Part shown: piece after piece, positions 27,220-36,915 of the stretch
How the letters are laid out: each line of letters starts with the position of its first letter
Position numbering within the stretch: the stretch's first letter is position 1
Source: a virus
Taxonomy: Duplodnaviria; Caudoviricetes
IMG/VR virus record: IMGVR_UViG_3300020165_002390
Location: 1 to 55,674 of that record
Reading direction: 5' to 3' (one strand)
Length of the DNA: 55,674 nucleotides
Position numbers and translations under genes: made by a program
Notes under the pieces: model-generated
The model's input: the letters and a program-made list of their open reading frames with translations, nothing else
Database searches by the model: none
Told to the model about the DNA's origin: nothing

Positions 27220-28208
27220 TGACACACATCCTAGTAGACACAGCAAACACATTCTTTAGAGCTAGACACGTAATCAGAGGCGACACCTCCGAGAAGGTGG
27301 GCATGGCCATTCACATCATGATGAATTCAATTAAAAAAGCCTGGCAAGACTTTGGCGGCACACATGTTGTATTTTGCCTAGAGGGTAGATCATTCAGGAA
27401 AGATATGTATGCTCCATACAAACGTAATCGTAAAGAGATGGCAGATGCCATGACCGAGAAAGAAAAGGAAGAGAATGAAGTGTTCTGGGAAGTGTATGAT
27501 GACTTTGTTGACTTTGTAAAGACGAAAACAAATGCAACAGTTCTAAGAAATGGCAGAACAGAAGCAGATGATCTCATCGCACGTTGGATAGACAAACATC
27601 CTGAACAAAACCATGTTATCATCAGCACGGACAAGGATCTGAATCAATTGATTACACCTAAAGTAAAGCAATACAATGGGGTCAATGAAACAACAATGAC
27701 ACACGAGGGTTGGTTTGATAGCAAGGGCAATCCTGTTATAGATAAAAAATTAAAAGCACCCAAGCCTGCACCTGACACGGAATGGCTTGTGTTTGAGAAG
27801 GCCATGAGAGGTGACCCAAGCGATAACATATTCAGTGCTTACCCTGGTGTGCGTACAAAGGGCACAAAGAACAAGATAGGACTACAAGAAGCATTCGCAG
27901 ATCGTAAAGAGAAAGGATACACATGGAACAACCTGATGTTGAGCAAATGGGTGGACCATGATGGCAACGAGCACAGAGTAATGGAAGACTATGAGAGAAA
28001 CAGATCACTGGTAGATCTACACGCACAGCCAGAGGCCATAGTGGAAGAACTTGATCAAACAATCGCACAGGCCAAGACAGAGAACAAAAGCATTGATCAA
28101 GTTGGAATCAGATTCATGAGGTTCTGTGGCAAGTACGATTTGAATAGGATCAGTGAGCAGGCACAACTTTACGTTGAGCCTTTCAATGCGAGACTAGAAA
28201 ATGCATGA
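27219..28208 (+). CDS. rnh: T4 RNase H-like 5'-3' exonuclease (FEN family)
   Basis: LVDTAN, YKRNR, EADDLIA, STDKD, GDPSDNI. Confidence 0.9.
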   Translation: MTHILVDTANTFFRARHVIRGDTSEKVGMAIHIMMNSIKKAWQDFGGTHVVFCLEGRSFRKDMYAPYKRNRKEMADAMTEKEKEENEVFWEVYDDFVDFVKTKTNATVLRNGRTEADDLIARWIDKHPEQNHVIISTDKDLNQLITPKVKQYNGVNETTMTHEGWFDSKGNPVIDKKLKAPKPAPDTEWLVFEKAMRGDPSDNIFSAYPGVRTKGTKNKIGLQEAFADRKEKGYTWNNLMLSKWVDHDGNEHRVMEDYERNRSLVDLHAQPEAIVEELDQTIAQAKTENKSIDQVGIRFMRFCGKYDLNRISEQAQLYVEPFNARLENA

Positions 28209-29334
28209 CCTTGGAATTTATTTTGATTTAATTTACAAAGACTTCCTGCGGTCACCTCAGGCTAATTGCTATGACATGGTGCATCAAATACTATTCGAAG
28301 ATTTTTCAGAACAGGACTTAGAGGAAATAAAAAAGAAATCTGGTGATAAACTCAAGTGTATATTAATACACATCGACGAACCCCATTGGTACGACGAGGG
28401 TGACTCAGTCAGCCAACAGTTTAAAGTGTTCATGGGCCTATGCAGGAAAATTGGCATATACAACGCCGACTTCTATGTTCCATTTTTTGGAAGTGATCAC
28501 CAACAGGATTTCAAAATAATGAACAAAAACTATTTTGGTTGGAACTTCATGCCGTACAATGTTGCCTTTCCATGGTGCCACAATGATTTTACATCAATTA
28601 CAAACTCAAATGTTGAGCAAGATATACATGTAGATAAAGTGCAATACAAGTTTCTACACATGAATTTCACACACCGGATGCATCGACAACTTTTTTCCAA
28701 GTTCCTGATCAGAGAAAATCTAATCGACACCAACTGCGTGGCGATCAACTTAGAAGATAGGGCACGAACTAGCAAAACGACTAATTCCTCTAGACCTAGA
28801 TGCATATCTGTAGATCAGAACGATGATTGGCACCTTAACAAGAACTTAAAAAATTTATGGCGAGACACGCCTTTAAAAAAGGTCAGTAATACATCAATTG
28901 ATAACCATTTTTACTTGTGTCACTATGGCTTTTTAAAAAAAGCCGGTGTTTACATTGTGAGCGAGACAATGTTCAACCATCCCAGCCCATACTTCAGTGA
29001 GAAGACTGTGAGTGCCCTGTTGTCGAACAGGCCGTTCATCATCATAGGAGAACATGGCAGTCTCCGAGCTCTCAAGCAGAAGGGTTACAAGACGTTCAAT
29101 GACATGTTTGACGAATCATACGATAACATCATAGATCCCTCTTCCAGGATGGAATCAATATTTGAATTGGTCAAAGACATAAACGCCAGATCGTTAGACG
29201 AAATCAAGGAAAATGTTTTAAAATGCCAAGATAAACTATCCCACAACAGAAATTTGATGATGGCATCTATCAGTAGGTACACAAAAAAAGTCAATGCAAC
29301 ATCAGATGTTTCGTCAAACCGTAAACAGATATAG
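28201..29334 (+). CDS. Hypothetical protein with glycosyltransferase-like C-terminus (paralogue A)
   Basis: IVSET...FSEKT...RPFII.G...LK..GYKTF...DESYD motif. Confidence 0.6.
   Translation: MHDLGIYFDLIYKDFLRSPQANCYDMVHQILFEDFSEQDLEEIKKKSGDKLKCILIHIDEPHWYDEGDSVSQQFKVFMGLCRKIGIYNADFYVPFFGSDHQQDFKIMNKNYFGWNFMPYNVAFPWCHNDFTSITNSNVEQDIHVDKVQYKFLHMNFTHRMHRQLFSKFLIRENLIDTNCVAINLEDRARTSKTTNSSRPRCISVDQNDDWHLNKNLKNLWRDTPLKKVSNTSIDNHFYLCHYGFLKKAGVYIVSETMFNHPSPYFSEKTVSALLSNRPFIIIGEHGSLRALKQKGYKTFNDMFDESYDNIIDPSSRMESIFELVKDINARSLDEIKENVLKCQDKLSHNRNLMMASISRYTKKVNATSDVSSNRKQI
28655..28711 (+). repeat. 57-bp exact direct repeat, copy 1 (copy 2 at 29804-29860)
   Basis: TACACATGAATTTCACACACCGGATGCATCGACAACTTTTTTCCAAGTTCCTGATCA occurs in both paralogues. 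Confidence 0.9.
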
Positions 29335-29340
29335 GACAGC

Positions 29341-30492
29341 ATGTACGAGTACAAACACAACATTTATGATAAATTGGTATTCAGTGATTTCATTAAATCT
29401 AACCATGCCAAATACTACGATCAAATATTTCTACTGAGTTTGGAAGTGATGTCCATGGACGAGTTAGAGTCAATTAAGCAGAAGCATAACGCACAAAAAA
29501 AGAAATGCATATTCCTGTCAATGAGCGAACCACAGTGGTATGATGAAGGATCCTCTATAAGCACTCAATGGAATAAACTAGCAGAATTATTGAAACAAAC
29601 ACAAATTTTTGATACAGATTTCTTCGTGCCATGCTTTGGCAACGAGTACCAGAATGAATTGAATGTGCTGAATCAAAATTACTATGGTTGGAATTTTATA
29701 AAATACAATGTTGACCTACCTTTTGCCAACGATGATATCTTGGAACTACAAAACAAAGATGACTTTGGGAACAGCAACTTAGGTGACATCCAGTACAAGT
29801 TTATACACATGAATTTCACACACCGGATGCATCGACAACTTTTTTCCAAGTTCCTGATCAAAGAAGATCTGACTGCTGGCAACTGTGTGGCAATAAACAC
29901 TGGATCAACCGAAGCAGGGGATACCATTCACAACGAAAGCCATGAAATCCTATTTGGATCCAAGGCTTGTGTACCTGTGAATCAAAGGGATGATTGGCAT
30001 TACAGTAAAGATTTGCTGGACCTATGGGCAGAGATTCCTGTCACTGATCACGGACATCCTGCGATAGATCAAAATTATGGCCGAGCCAATCACAGTTTCT
30101 GTAGACTAGGAGCCGTGTATGTGGTAAGTGAAACCGTTTTCAATCACCCACACCCAAATTTCAGCGAAAAGACAGTGAGTGCCCTGCTTTCCAACAGGCC
30201 ATTCGTTATAATCGGGGCCTACGGAAGTCTCAGGACATTAAAAGAAAAAGGTTTTAAAACATTTAACAACTTCATAGATGAATCATATGATAACATTAAG
30301 GACCCAAACCAAAGAATGAAACAATTATTCAACACAGTCAAGAAAATTAATGAGAAAACATTAGATGAACTAGTAACACATGTAAAGGATTCTACTGAGA
30401 AATTTTTTCACAACAGCAAACTGATGATGAATAACATAGGCAAATACAAAAATAACTATGAATCGCAAGAGGAGATAAAAAATGCCAGTTAG
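29341..30492 (+). CDS. Hypothetical protein with glycosyltransferase-like C-terminus (paralogue B)
   Basis: Same motif set as the upstream ORF; tandem duplicate. Confidence 0.6.
   Translation: MYEYKHNIYDKLVFSDFIKSNHAKYYDQIFLLSLEVMSMDELESIKQKHNAQKKKCIFLSMSEPQWYDEGSSISTQWNKLAELLKQTQIFDTDFFVPCFGNEYQNELNVLNQNYYGWNFIKYNVDLPFANDDILELQNKDDFGNSNLGDIQYKFIHMNFTHRMHRQLFSKFLIKEDLTAGNCVAINTGSTEAGDTIHNESHEILFGSKACVPVNQRDDWHYSKDLLDLWAEIPVTDHGHPAIDQNYGRANHSFCRLGAVYVVSETVFNHPHPNFSEKTVSALLSNRPFVIIGAYGSLRTLKEKGFKTFNNFIDESYDNIKDPNQRMKQLFNTVKKINEKTLDELVTHVKDSTEKFFHNSKLMMNNIGKYKNNYESQEEIKNAS
29804..29860 (+). repeat. 57-bp exact direct repeat, copy 2
   Basis: Identical to 28655-28711. Confidence 0.9.
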
Positions 30493-30973
30493 AGCAAAGA
30501 CCTTAGTCAAAGACAAATTCTGGATCGTTGAAGAAAACGGCCAGAAGTTGGGCACACTACAGAAACAAGAGCATAATGGATGGATCTTCCTAAGTAAACA
30601 GGACAAGAGGCAGGTGTTTCACACGCAGGAAAGTCTGTTCACCAAGTTTGGGTTTGGCATATTTGATGAATCAAATATTACTAAACCGGAAGAAGAAATA
30701 CAGAAGGACAACTTTGATGTACATGGTTATCCATGTTCACAACACCCTTACAATCCAATGTTTGATGTGCAGAATCAACTGCCTGTGTACACCAAGACTC
30801 CAAAAAGCAAGAGCCAATTTTGTGCAGGATATTATATAATATGTTTTGAGAAAGGTTGGAGAAAGGCATATTGTCCTAAAATGATAACGCTTTCGAGGTA
30901 CCAATACAAAGGACCGATGAAAACAAAACTAGAAATGCAACAGAGGTTAAACAATGCAATCAAAGAGTTCTAA
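30482..30973 (+). CDS. Hypothetical phage protein
   Basis: GGAG RBS; LPVYTKTPKSKSQFCAGYY...CPK motif. Confidence 0.7.
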   Translation: MPVRAKTLVKDKFWIVEENGQKLGTLQKQEHNGWIFLSKQDKRQVFHTQESLFTKFGFGIFDESNITKPEEEIQKDNFDVHGYPCSQHPYNPMFDVQNQLPVYTKTPKSKSQFCAGYYIICFEKGWRKAYCPKMITLSRYQYKGPMKTKLEMQQRLNNAIKEF

Positions 30974-31217
30974 AATACAGACCAGACCCATAGAGGATCT
31001 TATAGGAAGAATAAGGACACTGAGACAAAAAGGTGAAAGACAAATTATTATTCCTGCCAAAGAAGCAGACCAACTGGCAGACAGTCTCACACAAGTAATG
31101 ACTAGAATGGTTACCATACAGGAAGAGATAATCGAGGCCTTGAAAACGGCCAGGGAGGCCCAGACTGTAGATATAGAAATGGATGGTGGCAACTTTTCTA
31201 AGACAGATAAGGAATAA
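30954..31217 (+). CDS. Hypothetical protein
   Basis: GAGG RBS; C-terminal MDGGNF. Confidence 0.6.
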   Translation: MQSKSSKIQTRPIEDLIGRIRTLRQKGERQIIIPAKEADQLADSLTQVMTRMVTIQEEIIEALKTAREAQTVDIEMDGGNFSKTDKE

Positions 31218-31980
31218 TAAACTCACACATTTTTCTGTTGTAAGCGGGATCCACAGGGTGTCCGCATATGCCTCGTTTGTGGCCAGACCAAAATACACTG
31301 AAATCATTCATCACAATTTTGCCATTGAACTCTTCGGGTACATCATTACCTGTTTGAAAGATGTACAGGTCATCTATGTTGTGCCCATAGGAAACACTTT
31401 GTATCCTTTTTAATATCCTAGAATATTGATTTTTTATAAATCCATCTCGAGTAATAAAATGTTTGAATTTTTTTTTAACTCGCTCAATTTCTGCACGTGA
31501 CTCTTGGATATCAAAACCAAAATTATCATCAAGTTCTTGCGGCAACACGTTGACTCGGCCATGCAATTTACTAAACCTCATGTACTGCCTGCCCGACTCA
31601 GGCAGTTGATGTATCACTAAGATCTTCTTTGCTAATTTGTAACTGTTGTTTTTCAAGTGTTGTGAATAATCTAATAAGATCCTTGGCAACGATGAACCTA
31701 TTTCTGCTAAATTGACCACTGGAATACCAGTTTGCTGTCGTAGTTGTGCTGGCCAACTGCCTTCCTGCTTCTCTTTATGTTGCCATTCTTTACGACTTGC
31801 GTTCAACACATGCAAGTTGTCTTTGCCTGTGGTGTCAAAATTGTTTTTGTACCATCTAGTAATACTGTGTCCTCGCTCTTTGGCAGTGTTAAATTTGGGC
31901 AATAGATGATCAATCATCTCCATGCCCGATGACAGACTGCAACCGGTAACAATGATTAAATCGTAACGTTTTGAAAACAT
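31198..31980 (-). CDS. SGNH hydrolase-like protein (lone minus-strand gene)
   Basis: VTGCS, SWP, VVNLAEIGSS and C-terminal GHP. Confidence 0.55.
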   Translation of the reverse strand: MFSKRYDLIIVTGCSLSSGMEMIDHLLPKFNTAKERGHSITRWYKNNFDTTGKDNLHVLNASRKEWQHKEKQEGSWPAQLRQQTGIPVVNLAEIGSSLPRILLDYSQHLKNNSYKLAKKILVIHQLPESGRQYMRFSKLHGRVNVLPQELDDNFGFDIQESRAEIERVKKKFKHFITRDGFIKNQYSRILKRIQSVSYGHNIDDLYIFQTGNDVPEEFNGKIVMNDFSVFWSGHKRGICGHPVDPAYNRKMCEFIIPYLS

Positions 31981-32116
31981 AAGCCTATTTACAGTTAGAT
32001 GCCACCTGATAAAAAATTACAGTGCGTAAAACACTCCTTAAATAGAAGCATGGCCGCAGTACAAAAAAATATAATAGAAGCCATTAACATATAGATGCAC
32101 GGAGTTAAATTCAAGG

Positions 32117-32914
32117 ATGGCACATAAAGCATTCAAAATTATCTTCACTGATAAAAGTAATAGGGCCGTAGACATCGATTATACACTGCACGACACCGAA
32201 TTGGCAGTAAAATGGTTTTCAAAAATCAAACACCTTAGTAAAATACAGATAGATCCAATAGAATCAGATTTAGAAGATGTTTCTAACCTCGAACTGATCT
32301 ACGAGGAATTTTGTGATTTTGCTGGATTAATTAAGATGCCTTTGCAAAATCTCGATCAGCTCACATACAATATGTTACACAAAATTTTCGAAGACAATCA
32401 CGATAGGCTAGCGGGCAAACAAGATAATGGTATCATGTACAGATTCCACCATGCCATACACGACGCGGAAAGAGGTAACGGGAAACCCAGGAGCAAACTG
32501 AATGTAGGATGGGGGGTCAAAGAAGGACTGTTGACCCAAGACATGAATTGCCACCCGTTTTATGAAAACTTCATAAAAAAAAATAATCTATATCTCCCAT
32601 GGGCAGAACTGGCCAAAACACCTTACACCTATTGGCTCAACAAAGAACCCAGTGATCAAAAGCGATTTAATGAATTGTGTAAACCACACATTACATTTAG
32701 AGCCAAATTTTTTGTAGCATTTTCTGATATCGAGAAGCCTATACCTTTCCCTAACCAATTCAACCAATATTTCAACCAATTCAAATCTCAATGGTTGAAA
32801 AGGTACAATATGGACGATTGGACAGAAAGAGATGAATGTTGTGCGCCGTTGTTGGCATACACTGATACAAATATTGACATTAGGCACCTTCGTTTTAACA
32901 AAATAATACTATAA
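32117..32914 (+). CDS. Hypothetical protein
   Basis: 265-aa ORF with FHHAIH and LYLPWAELAKTP. Confidence 0.65.
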   Translation: MAHKAFKIIFTDKSNRAVDIDYTLHDTELAVKWFSKIKHLSKIQIDPIESDLEDVSNLELIYEEFCDFAGLIKMPLQNLDQLTYNMLHKIFEDNHDRLAGKQDNGIMYRFHHAIHDAERGNGKPRSKLNVGWGVKEGLLTQDMNCHPFYENFIKKNNLYLPWAELAKTPYTYWLNKEPSDQKRFNELCKPHITFRAKFFVAFSDIEKPIPFPNQFNQYFNQFKSQWLKRYNMDDWTERDECCAPLLAYTDTNIDIRHLRFNKIIL

Positions 32915-32932
32915 TTTTTTTGGTAAATATAG

Positions 32933-33238
32933 ATGTATAGAGTTACATTTATGAGTAGACCAAAACCAATAGTGCTGTTGCAACACAGCAATAAAAGTAC
33001 CTTCAAAATGGACGAGGTCTTAGCGGCCGAGGGCATCTGGGCGGTGTTCTACGATGATAAACCTATCAACCTCAAGTCATCCAGTTTGGTTGCAAACTAT
33101 CCAGGACCAAAATACAAGAAGGTTTCATTCTCCAACCCGGGTCACGCAGAGAATCTAGCAAAGAAACTGAACACACAACACAACACGGACAAGTTTGGTG
33201 TTTACCTTTTAAAAACCGGCGACAAATTCTCAAGATAA
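32933..33238 (+). CDS. Hypothetical phage protein (start may be MSRPKP at 32951)
   Basis: WAVFY..KPINLK, GPKYKKVSFSNPGHA. Confidence 0.65.
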   Translation: MYRVTFMSRPKPIVLLQHSNKSTFKMDEVLAAEGIWAVFYDDKPINLKSSSLVANYPGPKYKKVSFSNPGHAENLAKKLNTQHNTDKFGVYLLKTGDKFSR

Positions 33239-33246
33239 TTAACTGT

Positions 33247-33642
33247 ATGGATCGCAAGACTGCATACACCCGTACCTTCATGGAACTGCTGGAACAACCA
33301 GTGCATGACGAGACTATAAAGAACAACTACTACGCATGGTGGCAGAATGTACGTGAGAGCTATCAGGCCAGATCACTGCGTTTGACCAAACCAGGACTAG
33401 AGATGTTGGAAAATTTGGACATCAAGACCTATGACATCAAGTTTCCTGCAAAGGTGATATTCACACCCCAGACATATCTCTGGTTGGATGAGTTCGTTGA
33501 CTGTCCATACTATGTTGACAAAAAGCACATCAAAGTGACCCTGGAGAAAATGGCCCTACAACTGATGCTTTTCGCAGGAGATATCACAAAATACGGACTT
33601 GCCCGTGCAATGAGCAAGATGGACGATCAAAATACCCAATAA
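33247..33642 (+). CDS. Hypothetical protein
   Basis: 131-aa ORF with WWQNVR...LRLT and CPYY. Confidence 0.65.
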   Translation: MDRKTAYTRTFMELLEQPVHDETIKNNYYAWWQNVRESYQARSLRLTKPGLEMLENLDIKTYDIKFPAKVIFTPQTYLWLDEFVDCPYYVDKKHIKVTLEKMALQLMLFAGDITKYGLARAMSKMDDQNTQ

Positions 33643-33672
33643 AATAGCGACTTTCTAGCCAAATTTACCAGG

Positions 33673-33700
33673 TTGACGCACAACACATTCCTGCTATAAT
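33673..33700 (+). promoter_or_regulatory. Sigma70-type promoter TTGACG-N16-TATAAT with extended -10 (TGc)
   Basis: -35 at 33673-33678 and TATAAT at 33695-33700; AGGAG RBS before ATG 33735. Confidence 0.7.
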
Positions 33701-33734
33701 GATACTATAAACATTTTAAACAGGAGTGTACAAA

Positions 33735-34841
33735 ATGGCGAGAACAAACAAAAACAAAGAGGCCGCAATAGGCAGTCAAAACAGAACAGTTTCACCCAAC
33801 GAGGCGAAATCAGCACTAACACATTGTATCAAATTACAGAGACCCATAATGATGTGGGGAGCACCAGGTATTGGTAAGTCCGATATTGTAAAACAGATAG
33901 CAGATGCAGAAGGCAGAGAAGTCATTGACATCAGACTTCCACTATGGGAGCCAACAGACATCAAGGGTATTCCTTATTACAATGCAAAAGAGAACAACAT
34001 GGTATGGGCGAGTCCGGCAGAACTGCCAACTGATCCTAAGTCTAAGGCAATAGTGTTCTTGGACGAGTTGAACTCGGCGGCACCGGCTGTACAGGCGGCG
34101 GCATATCAATTAATTTTAAACAGAAGAGTAGGACAGTATCACCTACCAGAAGGCGTTTCGATCGTGGCGGCAGGTAACAGGGACAGTGACAAGGGTGTCA
34201 CTTACAGAATGCCGGCTCCATTGGCAAACAGATTTGTCCACGTAGAATTAAGAGTGGACTTCGAAGACTGGATGGAATGGGCAACCAACCAACACGTACA
34301 CGCAGATGTCGTAGGGTACTGCACATTTGCCAAACAAGATTTATACGACTTTGACCCTAGAGGTAGCTCTAGATCATTCGCAACTCCTAGATCATGGAGT
34401 TTCGTATCCCAACTTCTATCAGATGACCTGCCAGAAAGTACGCTCACTGACCTCGTAGCAGGTTGCGTAGGAGAAGGCCTGGCCGTTAAGTTTATGAATC
34501 ATCGTAAAATTAGCGGTCAGTTACCTAACCCATCTGATATATTGAGCGGCAAGGTCCGAGACCTTAAGAGCAAGGAGATATCAGCAATGTACTCCCTAAC
34601 AGTTTCTTTGTGTTATGAACTACAACAGGCACACGAGAAGAAAGACAAGACTTGGAATGAACAAGCGGACAGGTTCTTCAATTACATGATGGACAATTTC
34701 GAAACAGAGTTGGTTGTGATGGGTGCCAAGATTGCCTTGACAAACTACAAACTTCCGTTCGATCCTAGCAAGTTGAAATCATTTGATAGGTTCCATAAGA
34801 AGTTTGGCAAGTATGTCATTACTGCTATGGAGTCTAAATAA
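33735..34841 (+). CDS. MoxR-like AAA+ ATPase
   Basis: Walker A GAPGIGKS, Walker B VFLDE, AAGNR, LANRF, TPRSW. Confidence 0.9.
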   Translation: MARTNKNKEAAIGSQNRTVSPNEAKSALTHCIKLQRPIMMWGAPGIGKSDIVKQIADAEGREVIDIRLPLWEPTDIKGIPYYNAKENNMVWASPAELPTDPKSKAIVFLDELNSAAPAVQAAAYQLILNRRVGQYHLPEGVSIVAAGNRDSDKGVTYRMPAPLANRFVHVELRVDFEDWMEWATNQHVHADVVGYCTFAKQDLYDFDPRGSSRSFATPRSWSFVSQLLSDDLPESTLTDLVAGCVGEGLAVKFMNHRKISGQLPNPSDILSGKVRDLKSKEISAMYSLTVSLCYELQQAHEKKDKTWNEQADRFFNYMMDNFETELVVMGAKIALTNYKLPFDPSKLKSFDRFHKKFGKYVITAMESK

Positions 34842-35056
34842 TGTATCTGTACAAACACATCAACAGACGTAAAGAACACAAACCAACTGGATTGTTTGCT
34901 TCGAGAGTTTTCCAGATAGGAGACACATGGAGAGTAGACAGATACAAAAAGGTAAATGGACAATATGAAATTGATGAACAATACGGTGATGGATACTTTG
35001 ATTCAAAGGAAAGTGCTGAGACAGAAGCAAGATCAATTGAGTGGGGTATAGCATAA
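34841..35056 (+). CDS. Small hypothetical protein between MoxR and the vWA gene
   Basis: TAATG coupling at both ends. Confidence 0.55.
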   Translation: MYLYKHINRRKEHKPTGLFASRVFQIGDTWRVDRYKKVNGQYEIDEQYGDGYFDSKESAETEARSIEWGIA

Positions 35057-36288
35057 TGCAAGATCAAAGAATCATAGACAAACTGGTCACAGGAAGGATT
35101 GCCTTACTACTGAAGCATCCGTTCTTTGGCAACCTTGCAACAAGACTGAAACTTGTGAATGCAGATGATTGGTGTCCAACAGCAGGTACAGATGGTAGAC
35201 ACTTCTATTACAACACCAAGTTCATAGATTCACTCACACCCAAAGAAACAGAATTCCTGTTTGGACATGAGGTTCTACACAATGTATTCGAACACATGCT
35301 GGTGAGGATTGGTGACAGAGATCCACAACTTTGGAACATAGCGGCGGACTATGCCGTGAACCAGATATTGAAAGATAGCAACATAGGTGACATGCCCAAA
35401 GGCAAGAAAGGTGAGAACAAAGGCTTCCAGGATGACAAGTACAAGGACTGGGCATCAGAAAGAATTTACGATGACTTGATGAAGACTGCCAAGAAGAACG
35501 GTAAGAAGTTCCTAGAGAAGTTGGGTGAACTGATGGACGATCACCAGGAGTGGGGCAAAGGCGATGGTCAAGGTGAGGGAAAAGGTAATGATAAAAAAAG
35601 TGGCAAGAGCGGTAAGCCTGTTTACACAAAAGAAGAATTGAAGAAGATCAGAGATGAAGTAAAAGAAGCAATGGTAAGTGCGGCACAGAGCACAGGTGCT
35701 AGTAATCTGCCGGGTGCTTTACAGAGACTGGTAAAGGATCTCACAGAGCCTAAGATGGACTGGAGAGAAATACTACAACAACAGATAATGAGCACATTGA
35801 AGTCGGACTACACTTGGATGAGACCCAGCAGAAAAAGTTGGCACACATCTGCCATACTGCCAGGACAGAACAATGACGAGATGATTGACATATGCTTGGC
35901 ACTTGACGCCAGTGGTAGTATCAGCAACGAACAGTGTAAAGAGTTCTTGACAGAAGTAAAGAACATAATGGATCAATACAAGGACTTCAGAATACATCTT
36001 TGGAGTTTTGACACCGCGGTGTTCAATCCTAAAGTGTTCACACCAGACAACGCAGATGAGTTACTAGACTACGAACTGGGTTCAGGTGGCGGTACTGAGT
36101 TTGAATGTAATTGGGACTACATGAAGGAAGAAGGCATAGAGCCCAAGAAGTTTGTTATGTTCACAGATGGTTGGCCTTTCGAGACGTGGGGTGACGAACA
36201 CTACTGTGACACAATATTCTTGATAAACAATCCATACGAGAGAGACATTGAAGCACCTTTCGGAATGACGGTACAGTACAATGACTAA
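35056..36288 (+). CDS. Metallopeptidase-like + vWA-like protein (DUF2201-type MoxR partner)
   Basis: TAGTDG, HEVLH (HExxH), WNIAADYAVN; MIDAS DASGS, GGGT, FTDG. Confidence 0.85.
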   Translation: MQDQRIIDKLVTGRIALLLKHPFFGNLATRLKLVNADDWCPTAGTDGRHFYYNTKFIDSLTPKETEFLFGHEVLHNVFEHMLVRIGDRDPQLWNIAADYAVNQILKDSNIGDMPKGKKGENKGFQDDKYKDWASERIYDDLMKTAKKNGKKFLEKLGELMDDHQEWGKGDGQGEGKGNDKKSGKSGKPVYTKEELKKIRDEVKEAMVSAAQSTGASNLPGALQRLVKDLTEPKMDWREILQQQIMSTLKSDYTWMRPSRKSWHTSAILPGQNNDEMIDICLALDASGSISNEQCKEFLTEVKNIMDQYKDFRIHLWSFDTAVFNPKVFTPDNADELLDYELGSGGGTEFECNWDYMKEEGIEPKKFVMFTDGWPFETWGDEHYCDTIFLINNPYERDIEAPFGMTVQYND

Positions 36289-36367
36289 CGACACAAAGGC
36301 ACTATACATATCAACCGCAATATTCGTACTTTGCATAATATGGGCGACTGTGAGGTACTACCAATGA
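36281..36367 (+). CDS. 28-aa single-TM microprotein (MTNDTKALYISTAIFVLCIIWATVRYYQ), not in the ORF track
   Basis: Overlaps the upstream stop and is coupled by ATGA to the next ORF. Confidence 0.5.
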   Translation: MTNDTKALYISTAIFVLCIIWATVRYYQ

Positions 36368-36726
36368 TGTTGTTTCCAAACACCAATCCTTATTCTGGCA
36401 AAATGCACAAAGTAAAGTGTTTCCGTAATTGGATGATTGATACTGCAACTGTGTTGTTCGACGATAACCACAACGATTTGAGGGCATTGCCAAAGACTGT
36501 GAGATTACAGTTACTAGTAGTGTTGAGTTTTGTATGGAGTACCGTATTCACTGTGTATTTCTTTTCAATAGCCACTATGCTTTGGGGTTGGGTAGGACTA
36601 GTGATAGGACATTTGGCAGTGGTATTTGCTATGTACTTCACTTTCAAACAATTCCACAAACAACCCTACAAAAAAGTTCCTGACAGAGATGAGCCTCCAA
36701 TGTACGATGACGTGTGGGGAGCATAG
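36364..36726 (+). CDS. Membrane protein (2 TM)
   Basis: Hydrophobic segments; likely ATG at 36364 or later. Confidence 0.6.
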   Translation: MMLFPNTNPYSGKMHKVKCFRNWMIDTATVLFDDNHNDLRALPKTVRLQLLVVLSFVWSTVFTVYFFSIATMLWGWVGLVIGHLAVVFAMYFTFKQFHKQPYKKVPDRDEPPMYDDVWGA

Positions 36727-36915
36727 ATGAGTAAGTGGATAATAGGTATCATGATGCTCGTTGTCATAGCAATGTTCTGGAAAGGCGTGGAAGTGCTTGG
36801 TCCAAGTAACACCAATCGAGACGTGCTTTACGAAGGACCAAAGAAGTCGGTAAAGGAAAGATGGGACGCGGCCTATGAATGGATGGAGAAGAAGCGTGAA
36901 AATCAATCCAAATAA
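36727..36915 (+). CDS. Small membrane-anchored protein
   Basis: N-terminal hydrophobic helix; GGAG RBS. Confidence 0.55.
   Translation: MSKWIIGIMMLVVIAMFWKGVEVLGPSNTNRDVLYEGPKKSVKERWDAAYEWMEKKRENQSK

Noticed and set aside
28655-29860. Diversity-generating retroelement template/variable repeat pair
   Set aside because: The copies are identical over 57 bp rather than showing many adenine-specific mismatches, both lie mid-gene, and no reverse transcriptase is in the window
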